Origin: Vicinamibacterales bacterium
GTDB taxonomy: Bacteria > Acidobacteriota > Vicinamibacteria > Vicinamibacterales > UBA8438
Direction of reading: 5' to 3'
Length of the DNA stretch: 64,000 nucleotides
Assembly: GCA_965200895.1 (NCBI GenBank)
Contig: CBDAVM010000002.1
Span: 542,315-606,314, forward strand
In this document: positions 43,258 through 52,307 of the stretch, in pieces
Numbering within the stretch: position 1 is the stretch's first letter
Layout of the letters: every line of letters begins with the position of its first letter
Program-made: the position numbers and the translations under genes
The notes under the pieces: model-generated
What the model saw: the letters and a program-made list of their open reading frames with translations, nothing else
Told to the model about the DNA's origin: nothing
The model's database searches: none

Positions 43258-44163
43258 ATGAGACGCATGCTGGTGCTCGGTACGGTCGTCGCCATCGGCG
43301 GTCTGTCCGCGGTGGTCAGTTCGGAGCAGGCGTTGTCGCAGGCGGCGCTCGACGCAACGGTCATCGAACAGGTGCGGGACAACCTGTACGTCATCACGGG
43401 TTCGAGCCCGCTCGACCGCTCGGCGTTCAGCGGCGGCAACACCGGCGTCCACATCGGCGAGGACGGCATCACGCTGGTCGACACCAAGCTGCCCGGCTGG
43501 GGGCAGGCCCTGATGGACCGCATCCGCACGGTCAGCGACAAGCCGGTGACGACCATCATCAACACGCACACGCACGGCGACCACGTGGGGAGCAACGCCT
43601 TCTTCCCCGAGTCGGTGCAGATCGTCGTACAGGAGAACACCGAGGCCAACATGGGCCGGCTCGGCATGTTCGAGGGCGACACGGCGCACGGGATGCCGGA
43701 CACGACCTACACGGACCGGCTGACGCTCGGCTCCGGGGCCGACCGCATCGAGCTCTACCACTTCGGTCCCGGCCATACGAACGGTGACACGTTCATCCTG
43801 TATCCCGGCCTGCGGGTCCTGCAGATGGGCGACATGTTCCCGTGGCGGGACGCGCCGTTCCTCGACCGCAGCAACGGCGGCAGCGGAGTCTCGTTCCCCG
43901 ACACGCTCCAGGCGCTGATCGACAACGTGGACGGCTACGACACCGTCGTCCCCGGTCACATCCCGGTAACCACGCCCGAGTCGCTCCAGCAGTACCAGCG
44001 CTTCACCGCCGACCTGCTCGCCGCCGTGCGCGGGGCCATCGAGGCGGGGCAGAGCGTGGAGGAGGCCGCCGCGTCGATCGACCTGACCGGGCAGTACGCG
44101 GGCTACCGCACCGAGCGGATGGCCGCCGCCATCGCGGCGATCTACGAGGAGCTCGGCCAGTAG
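43258..44163 (+). CDS. Secreted MBL-fold metallo-hydrolase (paralogue 2)
   Basis: Signal peptide; THTHGDH, GHTNGD, MGD and PGH motifs; RBS GGAGG. Confidence 0.88.
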   Translation: MRRMLVLGTVVAIGGLSAVVSSEQALSQAALDATVIEQVRDNLYVITGSSPLDRSAFSGGNTGVHIGEDGITLVDTKLPGWGQALMDRIRTVSDKPVTTIINTHTHGDHVGSNAFFPESVQIVVQENTEANMGRLGMFEGDTAHGMPDTTYTDRLTLGSGADRIELYHFGPGHTNGDTFILYPGLRVLQMGDMFPWRDAPFLDRSNGGSGVSFPDTLQALIDNVDGYDTVVPGHIPVTTPESLQQYQRFTADLLAAVRGAIEAGQSVEEAAASIDLTGQYAGYRTERMAAAIAAIYEELGQ

Positions 44164-44187
44164 GCGGCAGGAAGTGCGTCGGCGCGA

Positions 44188-44212
44188 GCCGGCCCGGACA
44201 GTCCGGGCCGGC
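44188..44212. repeat. Perfect inverted repeat at the left edge of the R-M pair
   Basis: GCCGGCCCGGAC-A-GTCCGGGCCGGC; could be a terminator or an operator. Confidence 0.55.
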
Positions 44213-44230
44213 CGGCGGGTGGGACGCGAC

Positions 44231-45223
44231 ATGAGCGCCGACAGTCCGGTCGACGCATTCGTTCCGGAACCTCTCAGGCAACTGGAGGACCCCGCGCGCG
44301 ATCTGCCGCGGATCGCGAAGGATCCGTCCGCGATGGCGGCGATCCGGGCTGCCGTGGGGCAGGTGCCGACCCGCCACCGGCTGTTGCTCGGAGACGCCCG
44401 CCAGGCGACGCTTCCTGACGGGTCGATTCACCTCGTGCTCACTTCGCCGCCGTACTGGACCCTCAAGGAGTACCGCCGGGGTGCAGGCCAACTGGGTTGG
44501 ATTTCCGACTACGACGAGTTTCTGGAACAGCTCGATGCGGTCTGGCGCGTGTGCCACGGGGCGCTCGTGCCTGGAGGGCGGCTCATCTGCGTCGTGGGCG
44601 ACGTCTGTCTGTCGCGGCGCAGAAATGGCGGACGGCACACCGTGGTTCCCCTGCACGCCTCCATTCAGGACCGGTGCCGATCTCTCGGGTTCGACAATCT
44701 GGCGCCGATCATCTGGTACAAGATCGCGAACGCAGCGCATGAGGTGGAGCGGGGAACCGGGGGCTTCCTGGGCAAACCCTACGAGCCCAATGCCGTCATC
44801 AAGAACGATGTCGAGTTCATCCTCATGCAACGCAAGCCGGGCGGCTACCGAAGGCCGGGCCTTGCTGCGCGTACGCTCAGTCTGTTGTCGGAAGAGAGCT
44901 TCAGGACGCTGTTCCGGCAGGTATGGGCCGACATCGCCGGTGCGTCAACCCGGGACCATCCCGCACCTTATCCGGTCGCGCTGGCGGATCGTCTCATCAG
45001 GATGTTCAGTTTCGTCGGGGATACGGTGCTCGATCCCTTCACCGGAACGGCGTCGACCCAGATCGCTGCGGCCGCATGCGGCCGCAACAGCATCGGCATC
45101 GAAGTCGATCCGGTGTACCACGAACAGGCGCTGACACGGTTGCGGACCGAAACGGCCAGCCTGCTGAGTCCCGCCGACGTGACCGCCGCCGGGATCGACA
45201 CGGAATGGCCAGCCACCGCGTAG
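44231..45223 (+). CDS. Site-specific DNA methyltransferase, beta class (N4-C/N6-A)
   Basis: Catalytic TSPPY precedes the SAM-binding VLDPFTGTAST; HPAPYP motif. Confidence 0.9.
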   Translation: MSADSPVDAFVPEPLRQLEDPARDLPRIAKDPSAMAAIRAAVGQVPTRHRLLLGDARQATLPDGSIHLVLTSPPYWTLKEYRRGAGQLGWISDYDEFLEQLDAVWRVCHGALVPGGRLICVVGDVCLSRRRNGGRHTVVPLHASIQDRCRSLGFDNLAPIIWYKIANAAHEVERGTGGFLGKPYEPNAVIKNDVEFILMQRKPGGYRRPGLAARTLSLLSEESFRTLFRQVWADIAGASTRDHPAPYPVALADRLIRMFSFVGDTVLDPFTGTASTQIAAAACGRNSIGIEVDPVYHEQALTRLRTETASLLSPADVTAAGIDTEWPATA

Positions 45224-45233
45224 GCGGCCCGGC

Positions 45234-45836
45234 ATGATCACCGCCCAGGACGCCGTCGACGATCTGTACCGAATCGCGGTCACGGAGCGAAAGGCGACAT
45301 CGACGGCGCGGCTTGACGTGCTGGCGGACTTCTGCGTCCAGGAACTGATGTCCCGCGGGCTGAAGGATGTGGAGAAGGAGGCGTCGATTCCCGGCGCCGG
45401 TCGGCCAAAGAAATGGGACGTCGCGTGGTGCTACGACGGCAAGTACCGATTGGGGATCTCCCTGAAGTCACTCTTGAGGAACCTCGGCGGCACCGTGCCG
45501 AATCGAATCGATGACATGATCGGCGAGGTCACGAACACGCAGCTTCATTCGCCCGAGATCGTGATCGGGTACATCATGATCTTCAACATCGCGGAAGACA
45601 GCATGTCCACGAAGCACGGCTCGACGTGGTGCCAGCTTTTTCGAGAACGTGTGACCACGCTGTCTGGCCGCAGACCACCCTCCTGGACGACCGGGACGGT
45701 CGAGGACTTCGTGCTGGTCGAGGTGGATTTCGGCGCGGACTCAGCGATCCGGGCGATGTCGCAGACGTTCGATCAGTTCTTCGACACACTGATCGAGCAG
45801 GTCGCGAGGCGTAATCCCAACGCCGTCGCGACATGA
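45234..45836 (+). CDS. Putative type II restriction endonuclease (PD-(D/E)xK, PaeR7I/XhoI-like)
   Basis: KKWDV...GISLKS and NRIDDMIGE motifs; 10 nt downstream of the MTase; visibly lower GC. Confidence 0.7.
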   Translation: MITAQDAVDDLYRIAVTERKATSTARLDVLADFCVQELMSRGLKDVEKEASIPGAGRPKKWDVAWCYDGKYRLGISLKSLLRNLGGTVPNRIDDMIGEVTNTQLHSPEIVIGYIMIFNIAEDSMSTKHGSTWCQLFRERVTTLSGRRPPSWTTGTVEDFVLVEVDFGADSAIRAMSQTFDQFFDTLIEQVARRNPNAVAT

Positions 45837-45856
45837 TGTGGCCCGCGGAACACCGC

Positions 45857-47923
45857 CTACCGCTCGGGCAGCGCGAACGCGACGTACTCCGAGCCGGACG
45901 GCGGTCCCATGCGGCCGCCGCCGGCGGCAATCACCACGTACTGCCGGCCGTCCACGGCGTAGACCGCGGGCGTCGAGAAGCCGGCGGCCGGCAGATCCGC
46001 CTGCCACAGCTTCGCGCCGTCACGCGTGTCGTAGGCCCGGAACTTCCGGTCCGGCGTTGCGGCGATGAAGATCAGTCCCGAGGCGGTGACCACCGGCCCG
46101 CCGTAGCTCTCCGACCCGAGTCCCTGACCGACGGTCTGCGGGTAGTCGCCGAAGGGCACCTGCCAGTCGAAGTCGCCGGTGGCCAGATCGACCGACGTCA
46201 GCGTGCCCCAGGGCGTCCGGTTGCCCGGCAGCCCGTCCTGGTCGCGCAGCCACGTGTAGCCGCCGAACGCATAGTCCACCTCGGTCGACGGGGGCAGATC
46301 CTCCTCCGCTTCCGGGTTGCGGACGTAGCGGATCGCGGCGCGGATCTCGATCTCGTCCAGGTGGGCGAAGCCGGTCATCCGGCCCCGCCCGTTGCGCACC
46401 ACGTCGTTGATCTCCTGTACGGTCAGCCGTTCGGCGACATCGATCAGACTGGGACCGACCGCGTTGCCGGCGCGGTCGGCGCCGTGGCAGACGCCGCAGT
46501 GCTCCGCGTAGACACCGCGCGAGCTGAAACCGACCGGCACTTCGTAGAGCTGCAGGATCGCGCCGATCTCCGACGAGTTGACGATCAGCCGGCTGGTCGC
46601 CGGGTCGAACGCCGAGCCGCCCCATTCCTGGCCCCCGTCGTAGCCGGGGTACATCATCGTCCCCTGCAGGCTGGGCGGCGCCCAGGGCCGCTGGTCGAGC
46701 CGGTCCCAGATGGCGCGCACGAAGTCGATCGACTCCCGGCTCCGTGTGGTCATCTCGAAACGCTGCCGAGTCAGCGCTATCGCCGACTCCGGCTGCGTCG
46801 TCACGACCACCTCGCCCGGGATGTCGCTGGGATGGGCCGTGACCTCGTTGATGTCGTAGAGCGATTCGCCGGTCTCGCGTTCGAAGAGGAACAGGTGGCC
46901 CGACTTGCTGGTGAGCGCCACCGCGTCGATGGTCCGGCCGTCGCGCTCGAGCTGCACCAAGGTCGGGGGCGACGGCAGGTCGCGGTCCCACACATCGTGC
47001 CGTATCGTCTGGAAGTGCCAGCGGCGCTCGCCGGTTCGGACGTCGATGGCCAGCAGGCTGTTGGCGAAGAGGTTGTCGCCGACGCGCGAGGCGCCGTAGA
47101 AGTCGGGCGTCGCCGATCCGGTCGGCGCGAACAGCAGACCGCGCTCGGCATCGAGCGCCATGCCGGTCCAGGTGTTGGCGCCGCCCGCCGCGTCCAGGGC
47201 GCCGTCGGCCCAGGTTTCCGAACCCGGCGCGCCCGGGGGCGGGACATTGTGATGCCGCCAGACGAGCGAGCCGTCGATGGCGCTGTAGGCCGAGATGGCG
47301 CCCGGCAGTGCGTCGGCCGCCTCGCTCGTCGAGAAGCCCATCACGATCAGGTCCTCGAAGACGATGCCCGGCACCGTGACGCGCAGCGGACCGTCTCCGT
47401 CCACGGTCGCCGACAGGTCGACGACGCCGTTGTCGCCGAAGTCGACCACCGGCTGTCCCACGGCCGGATCGAGCGCGACCAGCGCGTCGTTGCCGGTGAA
47501 GAAGAGACGCGCCGCCGGGCCGCTCCCGGTCTCGCGTTCCCACCACATCAGGCCGCGCTGGGGGGCGCCCTCGATGCCCGGGTCGTAGCGCCACAGCTCC
47601 TCGCCGGTGGCCGCGTTCAGGGCGAATGCGACCAGCCGCGGCGACAGGCCGTAGAGCACTCCGTCGACGACGAGCGGGCTCGTGTACATGGTCGAGTTGC
47701 CCGCTCGCAGCGCGCCGGAGTCGTAGGTCCAGGCGACCTCCAGGGCGGCGACGTTCTCGCGCTTGATCTGGTCCAGAGGCGAGTAGTGGCGGCGGCCCAC
47801 GTCGCCCAGGTAGGTGTCCCAGTCGGTGTTCTGCGCGGCGGTCGGGGCGGCGGAGAGCGCGAGCAGGGCCGGAAGGATCGCGGTCGTGCGGATTGGCTGT
47901 GTCACGACAGCACTATGCCGCAT
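45857..47923 (-). CDS. PQQ-dependent dehydrogenase with internal cytochrome c domain
   Basis: Signal peptide; YSPLDQI, TGEELW PQQ repeats, HDVWDRD, GGQEWGG, CGVCHG and GGPVVTASGLIF motifs. Start approximate. Confidence 0.85.
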   Translation of the reverse strand: MRHSAVVTQPIRTTAILPALLALSAAPTAAQNTDWDTYLGDVGRRHYSPLDQIKRENVAALEVAWTYDSGALRAGNSTMYTSPLVVDGVLYGLSPRLVAFALNAATGEELWRYDPGIEGAPQRGLMWWERETGSGPAARLFFTGNDALVALDPAVGQPVVDFGDNGVVDLSATVDGDGPLRVTVPGIVFEDLIVMGFSTSEAADALPGAISAYSAIDGSLVWRHHNVPPPGAPGSETWADGALDAAGGANTWTGMALDAERGLLFAPTGSATPDFYGASRVGDNLFANSLLAIDVRTGERRWHFQTIRHDVWDRDLPSPPTLVQLERDGRTIDAVALTSKSGHLFLFERETGESLYDINEVTAHPSDIPGEVVVTTQPESAIALTRQRFEMTTRSRESIDFVRAIWDRLDQRPWAPPSLQGTMMYPGYDGGQEWGGSAFDPATSRLIVNSSEIGAILQLYEVPVGFSSRGVYAEHCGVCHGADRAGNAVGPSLIDVAERLTVQEINDVVRNGRGRMTGFAHLDEIEIRAAIRYVRNPEAEEDLPPSTEVDYAFGGYTWLRDQDGLPGNRTPWGTLTSVDLATGDFDWQVPFGDYPQTVGQGLGSESYGGPVVTASGLIFIAATPDRKFRAYDTRDGAKLWQADLPAAGFSTPAVYAVDGRQYVVIAAGGGRMGPPSGSEYVAFALPER

Positions 47924-48013
47924 GGGGAACATCGCGCGCAACCTGCGGGCGGTGCGTTTCCCGGACCTCGTTCAGCCGCTGGCGGTCTCGGCGGGCGGAG
48001 TCGGGACGCGCCA

Positions 48014-48080
48014 GCCGGCCGGCCTGGCCCGGTGCGTCCTGCCGGCCGGCCTGGCCCTGTGCGTCCTGCCGGCCGGCCTG
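48014..48080. repeat. 27-bp tandem repeat (about 2.5 copies)
   Basis: GCCGGCCGGCCTGGCCC(G/T)GTGCGTCCT repeated. Confidence 0.8.
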
Positions 48081-48160
48081 GTCGGACGACCGTTGCCCGG
48101 GCCGGTGTGGGCCGGCCGACGCCGCCGAGGTCGCTGTAGTGGCGGACGACGGCGCAATCC

Positions 48161-48270
48161 CGTTGTGATCGCCGTGATCCGGGCCGGTGTGTGCGGTATG
48201 GCCAGGAGCGGCGTCGCCACGCGGCGCGCCACACGTTGTGATCGCTGTGATCCGGGCCGGTGTGTGCGGT
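48161..48270. repeat. Two 37-bp direct repeats separated by 36 bp
   Basis: CGTTGTGATCGC(C/T)GTGATCCGGGCCGGTGTGTGCGGT at 48161-48197 and 48234-48270. Confidence 0.8.
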
Positions 48271-48370
48271 GCTATCCTGACAGGCCGACCGGTGCGGCGG
48301 CGCGCCAAGCGTAGCACGGCTGCGACGGACGCCCGCCGATGACGCCGGAGACGGGTGCTCCGGCAGTGAG

Positions 48371-51064
48371 GTGCGCATGACTTCGGACGCGGCGTGGGCG
48401 GCCGCCTGCCTGGGCTTGGCGAGCATGGTGATCGGCTGCAACAGCGGCGCGTCCGACGTCGGCCCCGGCGTGCCGTGGGCGCTGGCCGAACGGCGCGCGG
48501 CGACGATCTTCAACCTGCACTACGACGTCCGCTTCGAGATTCCCGCGGCGCGCCGCGAGCCGATCACGGGGAGCGTCACCGCCTCGTTCACCCTGACCGA
48601 GGTCGGTCCGCTGGTCCTCGACTTCACCCAGCCCCCGGAACACGTCCACGCGGTTCGGGTCGCCGGCGCCCCGGTGGACTTCGGCGTGCGGGACGAGCAC
48701 GTCATCGTGCCGGCCGATGTGATGTCGCCCGGACACAATGTCGTGGACATCGAGTTCACCGCGGGCGACGGATCGCTCAACCGCCAGGACGACTTCCTCT
48801 ACACGCTGTTCGTCCCGGACCGGGCGCGCGTCGCCTTTCCCCTCTTCGATCAGCCGAACCTGAAGGCGCGGTTCCAGCTGCGGCTCGAGGTGCCGGCCCA
48901 GTGGCGTGCGGTGGCCAACGGGTCGCTGGCCTCGCGCGAGGTGCACGGCGACCGGGCGCTGCTCACGTTCACCGAGACCCACGCGATCAGCAGTTACCTG
49001 TTCGCCTTCGCCGCGGGCGACTTCGATGTGGAGGAGGTGGAGCGCGACGGGCGCCGGATGGCGATGTTCCATCGCGAGACCGACCGCGCGCGGGTGGAGC
49101 GCAACGCCGACGCCATCTTCGACCTGCACGCGTCCGCCCTGGCCTGGCTGGAGGCGTACACCGGCATCGCGTTTCCCTTCGAGAAGTTCGACTTCGTGCT
49201 CGTGCCGGCCTTTCAGTACGGCGGCATGGAGCATCCGGGAGCGATCTTCTACCGGGCCGACGCCCTGCTGCTCGACGACAGCGCCACCCAGAATGCGCAC
49301 CTCGGACGGGCCAGCCTCATCGCGCACGAGACGGCCCACCTGTGGTTCGGGGACCTCGTCACGATGACATGGTTCGACGACGTATGGATGAAGGAGACCT
49401 TCGCCAACTTCATGGCCGCCAAGATCGTCAATCCGACGTTCCCCGAGGTCGACCACGACCTGCGGTTCCTGCTCGCGCACCATCCGGCGGCGTACGGCGT
49501 GGACCGCACCGCGGGCGCCAACCCCATCCGGCAGCCGCTCGACAACCTGAACGAGGCGGGGACCCTGTACGGCGCCATCATCTACCAGAAGGCGCCGATC
49601 GTCTTCGCGCATCTGGAACGGCTGATCGGCGAGGAGACTCTGCGCGACGGCCTGCGCGAGTACCTGCAGGCGCATGCCTACGCCAATGCGAGCTGGAACG
49701 ACCTGATCGCCATCCTCGACGCCCGGACCCCGGAGGACCTGGCCGCCTGGAGCCGGACGTGGGTGGAGGAGAGCGGTCGGCCGCGGGTCGAGGCGGCCTG
49801 GGAGACCGACGGGGACGCAATCGCCGAACTCGTGGTCCGGCAGTCGCCGGACGACAGTGGCGCGCGCCTCTGGCCCGATCCGGCGGCGGACGGGCCGGGA
49901 TGGAACCCGTATGCGGTCGGTCCCGCCGACCCGGCGGCGCCCGGAGAGTCCGCATCCGCGCGAGCCGGCCGCGTGTGGAACCAGCGGCTCGACCTGCGGC
50001 TGGGGTACGCCGACGGCGCGTCGGACTTGCTGCCGCTGCACCTGCGGGACGCGGCGGCGGTGGTCGCGGCGGCGACTGGCCGGCCGGCGCCCGACTACGT
50101 GCTCGCCAACGGGAGCGGCCTCGGTTACGGACTCATGGTCCTCGACGCGCGCACGCGGGACCACCTGCTCGCGGCGCTGCCGGACATCGAGGACGCGCTG
50201 ACGCGGGCCATCGGCTGGGTGTCGCTCTGGGAGGCGCTGCTCGAAGGCGAGGTGGTTCCCGAGGCGCTGATCGATCTGGCGCAGCGCGCGCTGCCGGCGG
50301 AGACGGACGAGCAGAACGTCTCGCGCATCCTCGGCTACCTCAGCGCCACGTACTGGCGACACCTGACGCCGGAGCGGCGCGCGGCGCTGGCGCCGGGGAT
50401 CGAGGCGCTGCTGTGGCGTCGGATCGCGGCGTCGGACAGCCGGAGCCTGGCCGCGGCGTACTTCGGCGCCTACCGTGACGTTGCCCTTTCCGCTGCTGCG
50501 GTGGCCCGCCTGGAGCGCATCTGGCGCGGGGAAGAGGACGTGCCCGGTGTGCCGCTCGCGGAGCGGGACCTCACGGCGCTGGCCCACGGACTCGCGGTGC
50601 GGGCCGCACCGGGCAGTCCGGAGATCCTGGTCGCACAGCGCGATCGCATCGACAACCCCGACCGCCGCGCCGCGTTCGAGTTCGTCATGCCGGCTCTGGC
50701 GGCCGACCGGAGCGTGCGCGACCGGTTCTTCGATTCCCTGCGCGACCCCGCCAACCGGGCCCGCGAGCCGTGGGTCCTGACCGCGCTCGGCTTCCTGCAC
50801 CACCCGCTGCGGGCGCGCGAGTCGGAGGCCTACATCCGGCCGAGCCTCGACCTGCTGGAGGAGGTCCGGCGCACGGGCGACATCTTCTTCCCGGAACGGT
50901 GGCTGCACGCGACGCTCGGCGGGCATCGCTCGGCGGGCGCCGCCGTCATCGTCGAGCAGTACCTGGCCGACCAGCGGGATCTGCCGCCGCGGCTGCGCGC
51001 CAAGGTGCTGCAGGCGGCCGACGGGCTGCAGCGGGCAGCCCGGATCGTCAACCCGGAGCCCTGA
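48371..51064 (+). CDS. M1-family aminopeptidase (PepN-like), probable lipoprotein
   Basis: GGMEH, HETAH-x18-E and YQKA motifs; N-terminal MVIG-C lipobox-like sequence. Confidence 0.9.
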   Translation: MRMTSDAAWAAACLGLASMVIGCNSGASDVGPGVPWALAERRAATIFNLHYDVRFEIPAARREPITGSVTASFTLTEVGPLVLDFTQPPEHVHAVRVAGAPVDFGVRDEHVIVPADVMSPGHNVVDIEFTAGDGSLNRQDDFLYTLFVPDRARVAFPLFDQPNLKARFQLRLEVPAQWRAVANGSLASREVHGDRALLTFTETHAISSYLFAFAAGDFDVEEVERDGRRMAMFHRETDRARVERNADAIFDLHASALAWLEAYTGIAFPFEKFDFVLVPAFQYGGMEHPGAIFYRADALLLDDSATQNAHLGRASLIAHETAHLWFGDLVTMTWFDDVWMKETFANFMAAKIVNPTFPEVDHDLRFLLAHHPAAYGVDRTAGANPIRQPLDNLNEAGTLYGAIIYQKAPIVFAHLERLIGEETLRDGLREYLQAHAYANASWNDLIAILDARTPEDLAAWSRTWVEESGRPRVEAAWETDGDAIAELVVRQSPDDSGARLWPDPAADGPGWNPYAVGPADPAAPGESASARAGRVWNQRLDLRLGYADGASDLLPLHLRDAAAVVAAATGRPAPDYVLANGSGLGYGLMVLDARTRDHLLAALPDIEDALTRAIGWVSLWEALLEGEVVPEALIDLAQRALPAETDEQNVSRILGYLSATYWRHLTPERRAALAPGIEALLWRRIAASDSRSLAAAYFGAYRDVALSAAAVARLERIWRGEEDVPGVPLAERDLTALAHGLAVRAAPGSPEILVAQRDRIDNPDRRAAFEFVMPALAADRSVRDRFFDSLRDPANRAREPWVLTALGFLHHPLRARESEAYIRPSLDLLEEVRRTGDIFFPERWLHATLGGHRSAGAAVIVEQYLADQRDLPPRLRAKVLQAADGLQRAARIVNPEP

Positions 51065-51191
51065 GCCTCGCACGCCTCGCACCGCCCGCAGATCGCGCGC
51101 CGCGTCGCGTCAGCGCCATCTGTCGGTCAAATTCTCGTTTCTTCCGGTCCGTTCCGTGGTGACTGCCCGGCATCGGTTACCATGAACGACG

Positions 51192-52307
51192 ATGACGCGG
51201 TGGACATCGTACCCCCTGGTCGCTGCGTACCCCCTGGTCGCTGCGGTCCTGGCCGCCTCGGTCGGCGCGCCTGCATCCGTCGCGGCGCACCCGGCGCCGT
51301 TCAGCTTCGTCGATCTGCGCATCGCGGACGGGACGCTCGATGTCACGGTGGTGGCCCATGTCTGGGACGTGGCCTACGAGTTCGACATCGACGACCCGGC
51401 GCTGGTGCTCGACCCCGACATCCTGGGGCTGCGCGGCGAGCGGCTCGGCGCGCTCCTCGGCGAGCGTCTGACGCTGGCGGTCGACGGGCGCCCGCTGGCG
51501 CTGGATCGCTGGTCCGAACCCCGGATCCTGGCGGAGCGGCAGTCGGTGAGCCTGCGCGCGCAGAGGACGTTGGACGACGGGATCGGCGCCGTCGTGGTCT
51601 CCGCCGACCTGTTCCCTTACGACCCGAAGCACCAGACGTTCCTCAATGTGTACGAGGATGCCGCACTGACGACGCAGGCCATCCTCGGCGGCGGGACGAC
51701 CGACTACGAGTACTTCCTCGGCACCCGGCAGGGCGTGTGGGCCGTGCTCCAGAAGTTCGTCCCGTCGGGCGTGCACCACATCCTGATCGGCCCGGATCAC
51801 CTGCTGTTCCTCATCGGCCTGCTGCTGCTCGGCGGCAGCGTGCGGCAACTGCTGCTGGTGGTCACCGCGTTCACCGTCGCCCACAGCATCACGCTGTCGC
51901 TGGCGGTGCTCGGCGTCGTGGCGCCCCCGGCGCGGCTGGTCGAACCGATCATCGCACTGAGCATCGTCTACGTCGGCCTCGACAACCTGCTGGCGCGCGG
52001 CGGGAAGGACATGCGGGTCTGGATCGCGCTGGTCTTCGGGCTGATCCACGGCTTCGGGTTCGCGAGCGTACTGCGCGAGATGGGGCTGCCGAGCGCGGCG
52101 TTGGGCTGGTCGCTGTTCTCGTTCAACTTCGGCGTGGAGATCGGACAGCTCGCGGTCGTCCTGGTCGTCGCCGCCGTCCTGGCGCAGATCCGGGCGTACA
52201 GCGCAGTGGCCGGTCAGCGGATCGCCGTCGCGGGCTCGGTCGCGGTGATTGCGGCCGGCGCATTCTGGTTCGTGGAGCGGGTGTTCCTGTCGGGAGGCAT
52301 GGCATGA
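51192..52307 (+). CDS. HupE/UreJ-family protein with periplasmic N-terminal domain
   Basis: A|HP signal cleavage; GVHHILIGPDHLLF, VTAFTVAHSITL, FGLIHGFGF and FNFGVEIGQ motifs. An 18-bp tandem duplication (YPLVAA twice) lies in the signal peptide. Confidence 0.88.
   Translation: MTRWTSYPLVAAYPLVAAVLAASVGAPASVAAHPAPFSFVDLRIADGTLDVTVVAHVWDVAYEFDIDDPALVLDPDILGLRGERLGALLGERLTLAVDGRPLALDRWSEPRILAERQSVSLRAQRTLDDGIGAVVVSADLFPYDPKHQTFLNVYEDAALTTQAILGGGTTDYEYFLGTRQGVWAVLQKFVPSGVHHILIGPDHLLFLIGLLLLGGSVRQLLLVVTAFTVAHSITLSLAVLGVVAPPARLVEPIIALSIVYVGLDNLLARGGKDMRVWIALVFGLIHGFGFASVLREMGLPSAALGWSLFSFNFGVEIGQLAVVLVVAAVLAQIRAYSAVAGQRIAVAGSVAVIAAGAFWFVERVFLSGGMA

Noticed and set aside
48161-48270. CRISPR array
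   Set aside because: Only two full repeats, the intervals share sequence, and there are no cas genes or AT-rich leader; kept only as a repeat.
49840-49975. Pro/Ala-rich insertion in the M1 aminopeptidase
   Set aside because: Looks like a variable surface loop; no repeat or mobile-element signature seen.
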